Source of the DNA: Octopus sinensis
Taxonomy: Eukaryota
Assembly (NCBI RefSeq): GCF_006345805.1
Contig: NC_043014.1
Coordinates: 53,444,001-53,508,000 of the forward strand
DNA length: 64,000 nucleotides
Reading direction: 5' to 3'
Shown: piece by piece, positions 1 through 10,290 of the stretch
Layout of the letters: the number at the start of each line of letters is the position of its first letter
Position numbering within the stretch: the stretch's first letter is position 1
Program-made: the position numbers and the translations under genes
Notes under the pieces: generated by a model
What the model saw: only the letters and a program-made list of their open reading frames with translations
The model's database searches: none
Told to the model about the DNA's origin: nothing

Positions 1-337
1 ACAACTGGGAGTCAAACAACAACAACTTGAAAGGAGATATGGCAATAAGAAAGTTTCTCTGTGGTCTGAAAATACGCTAGAAGTAGCAGCCAGATCTTCC
101 TCATCCAACAACTTGTTAGGTAATATTGTCCTGGGTTCCCTGAACATTAGGAAAAGACTGGATAGTCATGGCTGGATTTCTTCTGTTCAACCGACTAAAT
201 AACAACAACCAAAGCTAAAAGTACTTCATTGTATGACTGTATACTTCTTTTATATTCTTCAAATTCAATATTCATCCTCTGCCAAAATTGACCCCTGGGG
301 GCCTCATTAATCTTCCTTTCTTTGATATCTTTGACAG

Positions 338-451
338 GGATTTGGACATTTATTACCATCAAAAGAGAGCCGACATTTTTTGGGCATCATCTATAACTCG
401 TGTGTGTTTCCGGCTCACGACCGATCAGACTCACCTTCGACAAGGTTTACT
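338..451 (+). CDS. PPOX: Protoporphyrinogen oxidase, internal coding exon (third from last), phase 0/0
   Basis: Acceptor tctttgacAG at 336-337 and donor GTAAGT at 452. The 114 nt translate to GFGHLLPSKESRHFLGIIYNSCVFPAHDRSDSPSTRFT, which aligns to human PPOX [37 protein letters not shown] (recalled sequence). Confidence 0.93.
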
Positions 452-832
452 GTAAGTTCCCTATTTTTAATATATTTTCTTTCATCATTTTTTCGAAACA
501 TTTTTCTGGAATATTTCCAGAAAAATCAGTAGAACCAGTAAAAGGTTGGACAAAATGCTGGGCAGTATTTAGTAAAGTCCTGGCTTTGAATTTTATTCCC
601 TCTGGGGTCAATTAGAGCCAGCAAGGAATTGGGGTCTCTCTTATTCAGCTGTACCCTCCTCTCCCTCCACTTCCAAAAAATTCAATACCTTGCATTTGTT
701 AGAAATCTATATTTCTATTTTGATCAAGCAAAAATATATTTTGGGTTCTCTGAACTATTTTGGGCATCCAAAGTGACCGACTTCTGTAAGAGAGACAACT
801 GTGCTTGTCTTGATAGTTAATGTCACATGCAT

Positions 833-869
<37 letters not shown>

Positions 870-2053
870 GGAGAGAGGAAGAATGGTTAGTTAACAGTAG
901 AAATAGAAAATCAAGGTGTTTTAGATGATGTCTTGTTGAGAGAAACCAAGATGGTTAAAAAGGAGAACCAGTAGTTTCAAAACATTTGTGTATTGGTAAA
1001 TAACATCTTCATCTAACCAAACCCAACCATTCTGTACCTGAACAATCAACAAAAATATTGGTAGAAATACTGGATGGAATGTGTGTCAGTTATTTTGAAA
1101 TTACGAATTATTTATTCTCTAGACAATTCTGTTTTTCTACACCAATACATGTTCAATGTTGTATATTTAATAAGGAATTCTCTTATTATTACCACAACAA
1201 TCACGAAGTTTAGGATTTACTGATGAGGTTTTAATAAGACCAAAACATGTCTAGAGTTATCTTTCACATCAAACAATAAAAAAAAAATATATAATAATCA
1301 TTGACTAAAAATATTTTACCCTCATCATGTAATTATTTAATTTTAATGCTCCCAGCATGAAATGTATTAACGCTGGTTTATCAGTGGAGTAAAGGACCCG
1401 GTTTAATATGAAGTTGTATTGCCGTGTCTGAGTGTGTTAGAAAGGGGAGAGAGGTGACAGGGAGAATAAAGTGCAATGAATCGTTTATTTTATAGTCAGG
1501 TTATGTTGTGGCCAAATTGGGTAATTATATTTGGAAGGCTTTCACACACTAATAAAAGATGAAGACCATCAGCTCATGGATGTTATTGGCAGAGATACTT
1601 AACAGAAGACTGAGGATCCACTAAAACTAATGGAAGACAGAGATGTCTGGTGCTGCATTATGAAGGGGATCTTGGTTGCGATTACTTGGAGAAGAAGAAG
1701 AAGAAAGTGCGTTAGAGGAGAGCATAGAATAATATTGAAGTAGAGAGAGAGAGAAGTGTATAGTGAATAATATATTTTATGGTAAAGAGACCCCATACTA
1801 TAATGTAGTATTACAGTGTAGAAGAAAGAGAGAGAAAATGTTGTTGTGTAATATTGTTATTGTGTGATAGTTGTTATGGGATGATGTAAAGGATAAAGGC
1901 ATGTGGGTGGGTGTATATGAGAGAGAGATGGAGAGAGAGAAATGAATTGTATAATAAACCCTTTTGTCTTCAATCATTTTGTTATTCTTCATTTTTCTTT
2001 CCCTATTTTTGCTTAAAACCCTTTTTTTTAATTGCATTCTTTCTATTTGCCAG

Positions 2054-2203
2054 GTTATGATGGGGGGCAGTTGGTTTGATCGTTTGACAGAAATTTGTCC
2101 ATCAATGTCCGAAAGTTCTTTAACGAATCTGGCAGTTGAAACCCTGAGGAAACAGTTGAAAATATCAGCCAAACTCAGCCGATCCCATGTCTTCATCCAT
2201 AAG
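2054..2203 (+). CDS. PPOX: Protoporphyrinogen oxidase, penultimate coding exon, phase 0/0
   Basis: Polypyrimidine tract plus ccAG at 2052-2053; donor AAG|GTAAGT at 2204. The 150 nt translate to VMMGGSWFDRLTEICPSMSESSLTNLAVETLRKQLKISAKLSRSHVFIHK, matching human VMLGGSWLQTL...SHCLVHLHK. Confidence 0.93.
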
Positions 2204-2447
2204 GTAAGTGGAACGTGATTACGGGGTCTGATGCAAAAACTTGAAATTTCACATGAAATGCTTATTGTTGACTGACGTAAGCCTTGGAACTTTTTTCTTA
2301 ACTTTAATTCTTGAAAATAGGCAGGAAAACTACCATTCTTGGAGACCCTAAACAAATTGATGGGGTAGGTGATGATCTTCCGATTCTAAGAAAAAAATAA
2401 AACTTGATGGACAACGTATTAGGCCCTATACCTGTTTACTTTTTTTA

Positions 2448-2841
2448 ATCATCATCATCATCATCATTTTAAGGTCCACTTTTCCAAGGTCAGATGAAGT
2501 TCATTGAGATAATTTCCATGACTGGATGCTCTTCCTGTTACCAACCCTTACTTATTTTCAAGTGAAGGTTATAGTTCTCCATGGCTGGACATTAGAAATG
2601 ACCAACCCCTCTTATATGAAGGTGACACTCATTTACAGTTATCATTTGATGTCAAGACAAGATGATGCAAACACACACACACACAACAGGCTTCTTTCTA
2701 TTCCTGTCCATCAAATCCACTCATAAGGCTTTGGCTGGCACAAAGCTATAAGTCAAGTGGAACCCAAAGTACTGTGCAGTGGGACTGAACCCAAACCATG
2801 TGGTTGGGAAGGGAACATGTTCACTACACGGCCATGCCTGT
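2448..2841 (-). mobile_element. Full-length tRNA-derived SINE (head type B) with RTE-LINE-like 3' tail, in PPOX intron
   Basis: Minus strand reads: caggcatggccgtgtagtg (A-box region), GGTTCAGTCCC (B box), body, (GT)n, then ...ggaaaagtggaccttaaaatgatgatgatg, similar to the RTE 3' end. Confidence 0.8.
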
Positions 2842-2885
2842 ACTTACATAACTAAGAAGAAATTAAAGTGTTTGTCAAAGACGTT

Positions 2886-3095
2886 GACTTGAAAGGACAT
2901 GTTGAGGCTTCTTTTGATGTGGATGGAGGTTAACAACATGGTAAACAGAATGAAAAAGGACCAAAGCTGTTGGAGTTCTATGGTGCACAAGACCTGACCA
3001 TTTCTCTAATTAAGCAGACCTCTAATTAATTATCTGCCAATTAGATAAACAGGCAATCAAGATAGACTTCACACTTGCTTGGAAATGTCGTCCAC
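2886..3095 (+). pseudogene. Degenerate LINE apurinic endonuclease (APE) fragment, RTE-like, in PPOX intron
   Basis: Translates to DLKGHV...GKQNEKGPKLLEFYGAQDLTI and then IDFTLAWK, resembling APE motifs DFNGHVG..RNEEG..LLEFC...L.I and QIDYIL.RK. Contains stops. Confidence 0.55.
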
Positions 3096-3572
3096 AACTA
3101 GTTGTGAAGTCCAAGTCCTTTTTTTTGAGAAGAATGTACTCAGTTTAAAGTACAGTATATTTTGATTCCTTTCTTAGAGTTAAAAAGCAAGGATCTTCCC
3201 AATCTTTGTTGGACATGGTTTTGTTGTTGAGAAGTTGCCATCATCTCTGTATGGTAGCTAGGCTAAGTGACTTCTGCCCTAACCTTGCCTTGTAAGGGAA
3301 ATTTGGTGGATGGAAACTGTATGGAAGCCTATCATGTGTGTGTGTGTATCAGCAAGGCATAGCCAAACAGAAAGCCAATCTTCCTTTACTTCTAGGTGGA
3401 CTAAGCCATTTTGTCACTTATTCGATTCTGTATATTAAACTAGTATCCTTGAAGGTGGTGTCCTAGCATGGCTCTAACTAGCAAAAGAAAAAAAAAAACC
3501 CAACATATTTGTTTGTTTCTATGGCAACACTGTTTCAATAAATAGATTCTGTGAATTTGTTTTTCTTTTCAG

Positions 3573-3746
3573 AATTGTATTCCCCATTATACAGTTGGCT
3601 ACACAAGTCGCCTGAATGAGATGAAGACCTACATTGCCGACCACCAACTTCCTCTCAGTCTTATCGGATCATCATTCGAAGGACCTGGTATCAATGATTG
3701 TATATACAATGCTAAAATGTCAGTGCTAGCTCATGCCACGCCCTAA
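3573..3746 (+). CDS. PPOX: Protoporphyrinogen oxidase, last coding exon with stop
   Basis: Acceptor ttttcttttcAG at 3571-3572. Translates to NCIPHYTVGYTSRLNEMKTYIADHQLPLSLIGSSFEGPGINDCIYNAKMSVLAHATP* (TAA 3744-3746), matching human NCIPQYTLGH...LPLTLAGASYEGVAVNDCI. In frame with the two upstream exons. Confidence 0.93.
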   Translation, partial: NCIPHYTVGYTSRLNEMKTYIADHQLPLSLIGSSFEGPGINDCIYNAKMSVLAHATP

Positions 3747-4400
3747 ATCTGGGAATCTATCGACAAAGAAGACTGTGATATTCTCAAAGTGTGACTCAGG
3801 AAATGGTCAAAGAGGATTCCATCTGAGGAAGTCAGAGAACAGCAGAAAAAGATAATCTTAGCAAGATTCTAATAATACTTTCTGTATATCTCCACCTGTT
3901 TTACAGACAGGTTTACATGTTAATCAATATCATTGACACACTCCTACCATGACCACCACTACACTAGTACAAGCTGAGAGGGACTGTTTTTATTGAAGCA
4001 ATTTATTTTTTTACATTTGGATACCTTCTTTCATTGAACTATAAAATAGAATGTTGAACTTGTTTGTCAGCCAGGTAAACTGGACCAACAGCATATGATA
4101 ACATGAGGTTATGTGGTTTCTAAACTGATGACCTTATTCACTTTGGTTGCTGGGTCTCTCATCTATAAATATTCTCAAATGATTTTCTAACGACCATCAA
4201 ACATAAGTCTGACAAGTTTTCTCTTTCTACACCTCTCAGTTATAGGTGCGTTCTCTCACCGAGGTTTTGGAGATACTTTACTCTGCAGCTTTCTGTTTAA
4301 GTTCTAAAAACTCTGCCAGGCAGAACCAGCCAACATTCTTAATTCTGTGATAGACTTTAGAAACGATTGTCATAAGATGTGTGTGTGTGTATAATGTAAG

Positions 4401-4433
<33 letters not shown>

Positions 4434-4557
4434 TTATTGCAGGAAGCAGAATTGATAATGTTTTTGAAAAATGTGTAAAATTTTTTTCTTTCTTTTACAA
4501 CTTTGTAACTGGACTGCAAATATTCAATGTCAATTATGTTCACTTAAATTTTGCAGT

Positions 4558-4642
4558 AATAAAGGACACTTCATTATATTTCCTGAACTGTGTATACAGG
4601 GCCCAACATAAGTAAGGATTTTTTAGAGGATGGAATAATAAA
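4558..4642 (+). promoter_or_regulatory. Candidate polyadenylation signals for PPOX (AATAAA at 4558-4563 and 4637-4642)
   Basis: Canonical hexamers about 0.8-0.9 kb downstream of the PPOX stop, followed by T-rich sequence. AATAAA is common by chance in AT-rich DNA. Confidence 0.35.
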
Positions 4643-5459
4643 CATGTTCAATATTGTAAGACTTTTTCAAGAAATCAAAGCTAATCAAATATGCCACCTG
4701 TCCTAAGATGTGTCTGTGTATATATATGTGTATGTATGTATATATATATATATATTACACTCACAGACACACACCTGCATTTGCACACACATATATATAA
4801 TTATTGTTATTGAAGAAAATTGATTAAAACAGACCAAAAACAAATAGAAGATGATATTGATTTGGTATTTCTAAGCTTAATATGTTTTCATTCAACTGTG
4901 AACAAAAATATCTCAGTTGGTTGGTTGGGGTTTCCATTCTGAAAGTCTGTCGTTGCCTGCTTCATTATGAAAATGCTCAGGGAATGAGAGGGTGGGGTTC
5001 ACTAGGTTTTTTTTTTTTTATCTAGTATTCCACTTGATACAGTTTCAGAGTAAATTTTCCAATCAAAACCATGTTTCTATACAGATACAATCAATAGCTT
5101 TTGTCTGTTTAACCATAGGCCTACTTGGTGATCAACGCAGCTCCAACTGACATCAACTAATCATTTTTTTTCAAAACAGTGGGACATGATTTGAGAAGAT
5201 GGTTACTACTATTTCTAGCCATGGATTGGTAAAAGTATTTGTTCTGAGCTCAAATCCCATCTTCGTCCTCTTGGATGATATATTTAATCTATAGTCCACT
5301 GGCATCTCATGTGCCTTTGGTAGAGTCCATTGTATTGGAAGGGTTCAGGTTGCATCACAGGTTTGAGGCTAGTTTCTTGCCTCCCACCCATCACAGAGGT
5401 CCTTTAAAGGGTCTCAGGCACTGCCACCCCTCCTTGGCATCTCCTTGCAACATTAGATT

Positions 5460-5670
5460 AAGGCAGCCCACTGCTGTAAGACTCATTAGCATCCCCAGGT
5501 AAAATGCTGGGCTTTATGCTCTGGGTTCAAATTCAGCCAAGGCCAACTTTACTTTTCATCCCTTTCAGGATCATTAAAATAATAGTTGAGCTCGGGGCGG
5601 TGGGGTCAATCTAAATTGACTTACCCCTCCCCCCCTGGCCTCCTGTCAAAATTTGGAACCAATATTATAT
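5460..5670 (+). mobile_element. tRNA-derived SINE (head type C), degenerate
   Basis: GGTTCAAATTC B box followed by ttttcatccctttcaggatcattaaaataa...tggggtcaatctaaattgac. Same family as 42992-43210. Confidence 0.7.
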
Positions 5671-5803
5671 TAATATATCAAATGAGACATAAATAAACTT
5701 TGAAGTAATACTTCTGGGCCCATGAAAAAAATTGACAGATAATTTAAATATCGTCCAATGAATAGTTATCATTTAATCAAAATTGTTTAATTTGCACTAT
5801 TTT

Positions 5804-5980
5804 GGTGCCATGTAAAAAGCATCCACTACACTCTTGGAGTGGTTGGCATTAGGAAGGGCATCCAGCTGTAGAAACCATGCCAAATTGGGGTCTGGTGCAG
5901 CCATCTGGCTCACCAGCCCTCAGTCAAACCATCCAACCCATGCCAGCATGGAAAGCAGACGTTAAATGATGATGATGATG
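5804..5980 (+). mobile_element. 5'-truncated RTE LINE 3' end
   Basis: cactacactc...ggttggcattaggaagggcatccagctgtagaaac...cccatgccagcatggaaagcagacgttaaatgatgatgatg. It abuts the Helitron relic in the opposite orientation. Confidence 0.85.
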
Positions 5981-6029
5981 TTATATTTATTAGAAATATA
6001 AATATATATAAAGTTATTGTGTGAAAGTA

Positions 6030-7300
6030 TTTGTTTCCCTATGTCCAATGTTTCTAGTGCAGGTGATTCCCCTACCCTGCGACCATCAGCGGATTCGTTT
6101 TGTGGTATCACTTTCACCCTGACACTGTTCATTGCCCTTGCTCTTGGAAAAGCTACATAAAGCTGGCCATGAGTGAAGGATGGCTGTGGCAAGTGTATAC
6201 CAACTCTATTGAATGTTTGCCCTTGTGCTTTATTGATTGACAGACAAACTGGGAACTGGTTCCGATGCAGAACGAATGGAATGTTTGCATCGCTTGGAGT
6301 TAGTTTAATTCTTGGAATCAGTTCTCTTGTGTGAGAATGGGATCCACTTATAATTGATGCTTCAATGCTATACTCATGGAGCTGAGGTACTTCCAAGCGA
6401 GTTCCATTGCTTAGAGCTTGTGTTATAGAGAGGTTTCCAAGAAGCATAATGATTGTTCCAACTTTCAAGTTAAGGCGATGGGGAGGCATTCCAGAAGGTG
6501 TAAGAGAGTTTATAAACTCCATGGGACAATTTTGGGTTGCTTCTTCATTATCAGAAGTTACTGAGTTGGTGCTTAGATATGTCTTGGTTTCAGTGGGCAA
6601 TCCACTTAGAATTTCTTCATTTACTGCTGAGCAGTCTGAATTTTTAGGGGTTTGAGATCACTCTATTTTCCATTTCTTCTGCTGTACAATTGTCGAATAT
6701 ATCAAATTGTTATCTATGCATGTCTCAGGAATATCATTAGTATCTTCTGCAAGATGATTATCAAGAGAGCTTTAAAGAATTCCACTTCCACCACCTCGAA
6801 AAATCTGGTTCATTTGTATTTGTTCTTGTGTTTTGTGTGAGTTGCCTTTGATGAAAACTATCCCTCATAGAGGAGCGTTTGAGGCAGGCATCAAGTACAG
6901 CCGCAGGAGAAGCTCTGGGAACAAATGAAAGAACTTATCTAAAATCTCCTCCTAGTGTGCTAATTTCCCCACCAAATACAGTTATTATTCATAATAGCTC
7001 TTAAACAATTATCTACAGCTTTCAAAGCATAAAATGGGATCATTGAAAATTCGTCAATAATGAAGACTAAACGATGATGATGATTTACTCACCTAAGAAT
7101 GTTTCCTTGATCAGATTTTGGTGGAACATTGCACACACTTTTTTCACTCAAAGGAACTGGAAGCTTTAATATACTGTGAAGAGTTTTACCATCTTTCAAG
7201 AGTATTGCAGCAATGCCAGTCCAGAAGCCAGGGGAAAGAACTCGAATTTAATCCTGACTTATCTCCCTTAGTGTGACAAACACTGATGGTACAAACACGT
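6030..7300 (-). pseudogene. Helitron-type PIF1 helicase relic (nearly the whole helicase domain)
   Basis: Across frameshifts and stops, motifs appear in the expected order: WTGIAAILLKDGKTLHSILKLPVPL (about 7140-7225), IIDEFSM (Walker B, about 7043-7063), ALKAVDNCLRAIM, FGG...LGGDFR* (6934-6980), TPKN..VNEEIL..LPTETKTYLS, SLTPSGMPPHRLNLKVG, NGTRL, QFPV..INKAQGQTF, HGQLYVA..RAR, and TRNIGHRE in a shifted frame. Confidence 0.9.
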
Positions 7301-7629
7301 TAATATATAGATGAGTAGTAATCTTCCTTTGCAATATCATATCAGCCTCAGTAGGTGACTGCTACTTTATTTTATTGACCCTGAAAGGCAAAGCTGACCT
7401 TGGTGGAATTGGGAGAAAATGCTACAAAGCATTTTGTTTGACTCTCCAACAATTCTGCCAAACAACAACAGAAAGACCAATGACCATGTCCAAGTTATTG
7501 GATTGTTGATGACCGGTTCAAGATTGCAAGGAGGGAGAGGATTGATGCCACCAGGAGACAGCATGGGATACAGAGTGGGAGGAATAATACAGAAAGACGG
7601 GTTTCAGCTGCCAGAAGAGTGAGGAGATG

Positions 7630-8390
7630 GCAATGGAATATAAAGGAAAGAAGACAAGAGCAAGAACTGCACATCTCAGACAAACGCAGGCTGTTGCAGC
7701 AGATGAGCCTTGGCTGTGGCTGAAGAATGGAAACCTTAAGGAAGAAATGGAAGGACTCTTAACGGCTGTTCAAAGCCATTGTAAACAAATGCCGTTAAGG
7801 CAAAAATAGACAAAACCACAAAAAGTGCAGAGGATACGATGAGAAAGGGGAATCCATTATGCACGTGAGTTCCTATGGTCATTTGGCATAGAAGGAATAT
7901 AGATGCAGACATGACTGGGTGGCCAAGGCTGGGACACTGGGACATGTTACAGCAAAAGGGATTTGAAGTAAGAAGGAAATGGCAGAAACATTAAGCAGAG
8001 AGTGTAATAGGGAACAACCAGTTTTATGGGATCTCACGGGGTTTTAGTGTACAGACTGATCAGAAAGTTCATGCAAGGTAACCAGATATTTTGGTTGTGG
8101 ACAAGGGGAGAAAAAGGGTGCATCATCATAGATATGTTATAGCTGTAGACATGAATGTAGGGGTCAAAGAACAGGAGAAAATAGGGGTACTCCAGATACT
8201 GCCACCAACAAGAGTTCCCTTATTGAGATTGGTGTAACTACAAGAGTTACATTAATTCAGAAATCTGATCTTTTGGGGACAGCATGAGTTGGAAGAAGGC
8301 CCCTCGATATCTGAGGAAACTGTTTGTGACTTGGTATCAAAGACATGGCTTCCAAATGTAAAATATTCCTGCACATCATGAATAATAATA
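7630..8390 (+). mobile_element. R4/Dong-type (restriction-like endonuclease) non-LTR retrotransposon 3' relic
   Basis: Across frameshifts: WLWLKNGNLKEEMEGLLTAVQ, TNAVKAKIDKT, CR..EKGESIMHV (decayed CCHC), RHDWVAKA, HWDMLQQKGF, LWD, VQTDQKVHAR*PDILVVDK (RLE PD motif), IQKSDLLGTA*...LDI*. The element ends in (AAT)3 at 8381-8389. Confidence 0.78.
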
Positions 8391-8734
8391 TACTATTTAT
8401 TAGATTAGAATTGAAATAAATCTTCAGATTCATGGCGTAAGAAATGAGATGATGTGGCTTTTATGCCTTTCCCAGTGTAATTAGCCACATGGCTAAAGAT
8501 AATTGGTCATAGAATTAAAATAGTAATAGGGATCTTGGGTTTCTTATATTATTTGGTTGTACATTTTTGTGTCCAGTAAACGGCATCCTTTCTGAGATCT
8601 TTTTAATGGATCAATGAATGGTTTACTGTGCTGATTGATGGCAAAAGAGAGAATGGATGGTTGTGAAGAAGGGCAAAAATGTCTATTTATACATGCATCA
8701 GGTGCACACAGACACATACAGATTTGAATACACA

Positions 8735-10290
8735 CACACACACACACGTGTGTCTGATGTAAAGACAGACTTCTGAATACATGTGCTCACACCACAAACT
8801 GCATTCTGTTACAAAAAAGAACAAAACATCATTGAAATGAAAGTGTGCCCCCCCCCCCCCACACACACACACACATACCAAGCCTTAATACTTCCCTGGG
8901 TGACCTTGCAAAAAATACATGTATATCATCCTCATTGCTTTAATGTCCACTCTCCCATGCTTGCATGGGTTGGACAGAATTTCTTGAAGGAGATTTTCTG
9001 CAGCCAGAACATGTTCTCACAGAAGATTGGAAACGAATGACCCTGCTTGTATGATAGGGACACTTGTTGACAAGTATCGCATGTCAAGGACAGACACACA
9101 CACACACACACACAATGAGATACTAACTGGATGATCATGTCTTTCTCTTATTTCCTATTAAAACAGATTATTGAAGCAGAAATAAAATTTTGAGAAATAT
9201 GTTCTTTGGCCCCTCGGGTTTTGTAGTGATGCAAGCTGCTGACAGCAGTCACACTGGTGCCCTTATCATGAAATAGCACCTTGTTCATGGTGCAAAAGGG
9301 TTGGCTGTAGGAAGGACATCCAGCCACAGAAACCAAGCCAAGGCTGACATTAGAGTCTGACACAGCTCATTGGACCCTATCAAGCCATCCAACCTATGCC
9401 AGCATGGGAAACAGATGATGATGATGGTGATGATGATAAATATACCATTTGACTTGTGTCATATAATGCAATAAAATAGGGTTCTCCTGATGAACTGCTG
9501 TGATTCAGAATCCAGTTGCATTTGGAACATCCATTGAAAAGGATGCAAATGACCACTATGGTGAAACATATGTAGGGAACAAAAATAATACAAACATATA
9601 TATATATATATACATACACACATGGCCTTTCATACAGTTGTTTCTGGTCCTCTTGAATCCCATTCACACACATCCCAAACTGGTAATTACTCTTTACAGG
9701 CAACAGATAAAGGCCGGATGTTTTTTTTTATTTTCTTTTTTTCAAGAGAACATTTTTTAATTGCTCTAATGAATCTCTGTTGAAACAGAGGTAGAGATCA
9801 CACACACACACTCATGCATATTGTTCAGCATAATACAATCAAAAGTACTCCTCACACATATGTACACACACACACTTTCTTTCTCTCCTTTTCCTAATTA
9901 TGATATTTTGAAAAGAATAACGAGCAAACCAGATTTGTAATTAAAATGACTGAAAATTAAGTGCAAGAATGTAGTAATTATTAACAGCAAAAAGAAACAA
10001 AAGGCAAAAAGAAAATATTAAAGAACTTTTTTGTTTGTAAACTGATTGTGTGAAGAGAGGCAGGGATTTTAACACACACACACACACACACACATTATTT
10101 GCTCACAGACACACACACACACACACACACACATTTTTTTGCTCACAGACACACACACACGTGCTTCATAGAGACACAGTTCACAATACATGTGCTCACA
10201 CCTAAACAGCATTGTCACAAAAGGAACAAAACATCATTGAACTAAAAGTGTTCCCCCATGGGCCTTAATAACCCCCTGGGCCACCACCAA
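8735..10290 (+). repeat. Two direct copies (about 8735-8910 and 10150-10290) of an unclassified ~150-bp repeat following (CA)n
   Basis: Both copies contain atacatgtgctcacacc...tgt(t/c)acaaaa..gaacaaaacatcattgaa.t.aaagtgt.ccccc...ccttaata. Confidence 0.6.

Noticed and set aside
1798-2355. 185-aa minus-strand ORF
   Set aside because: Antisense shadow of the PPOX exon plus GA-rich low-complexity sequence.
7630-8390. R4/Dong element as the mobiliser of type-C SINEs
   Set aside because: Tail polarity differs (element ends in AAT repeats, SINE in ATT/TTA repeats) and I see no shared 3' sequence.
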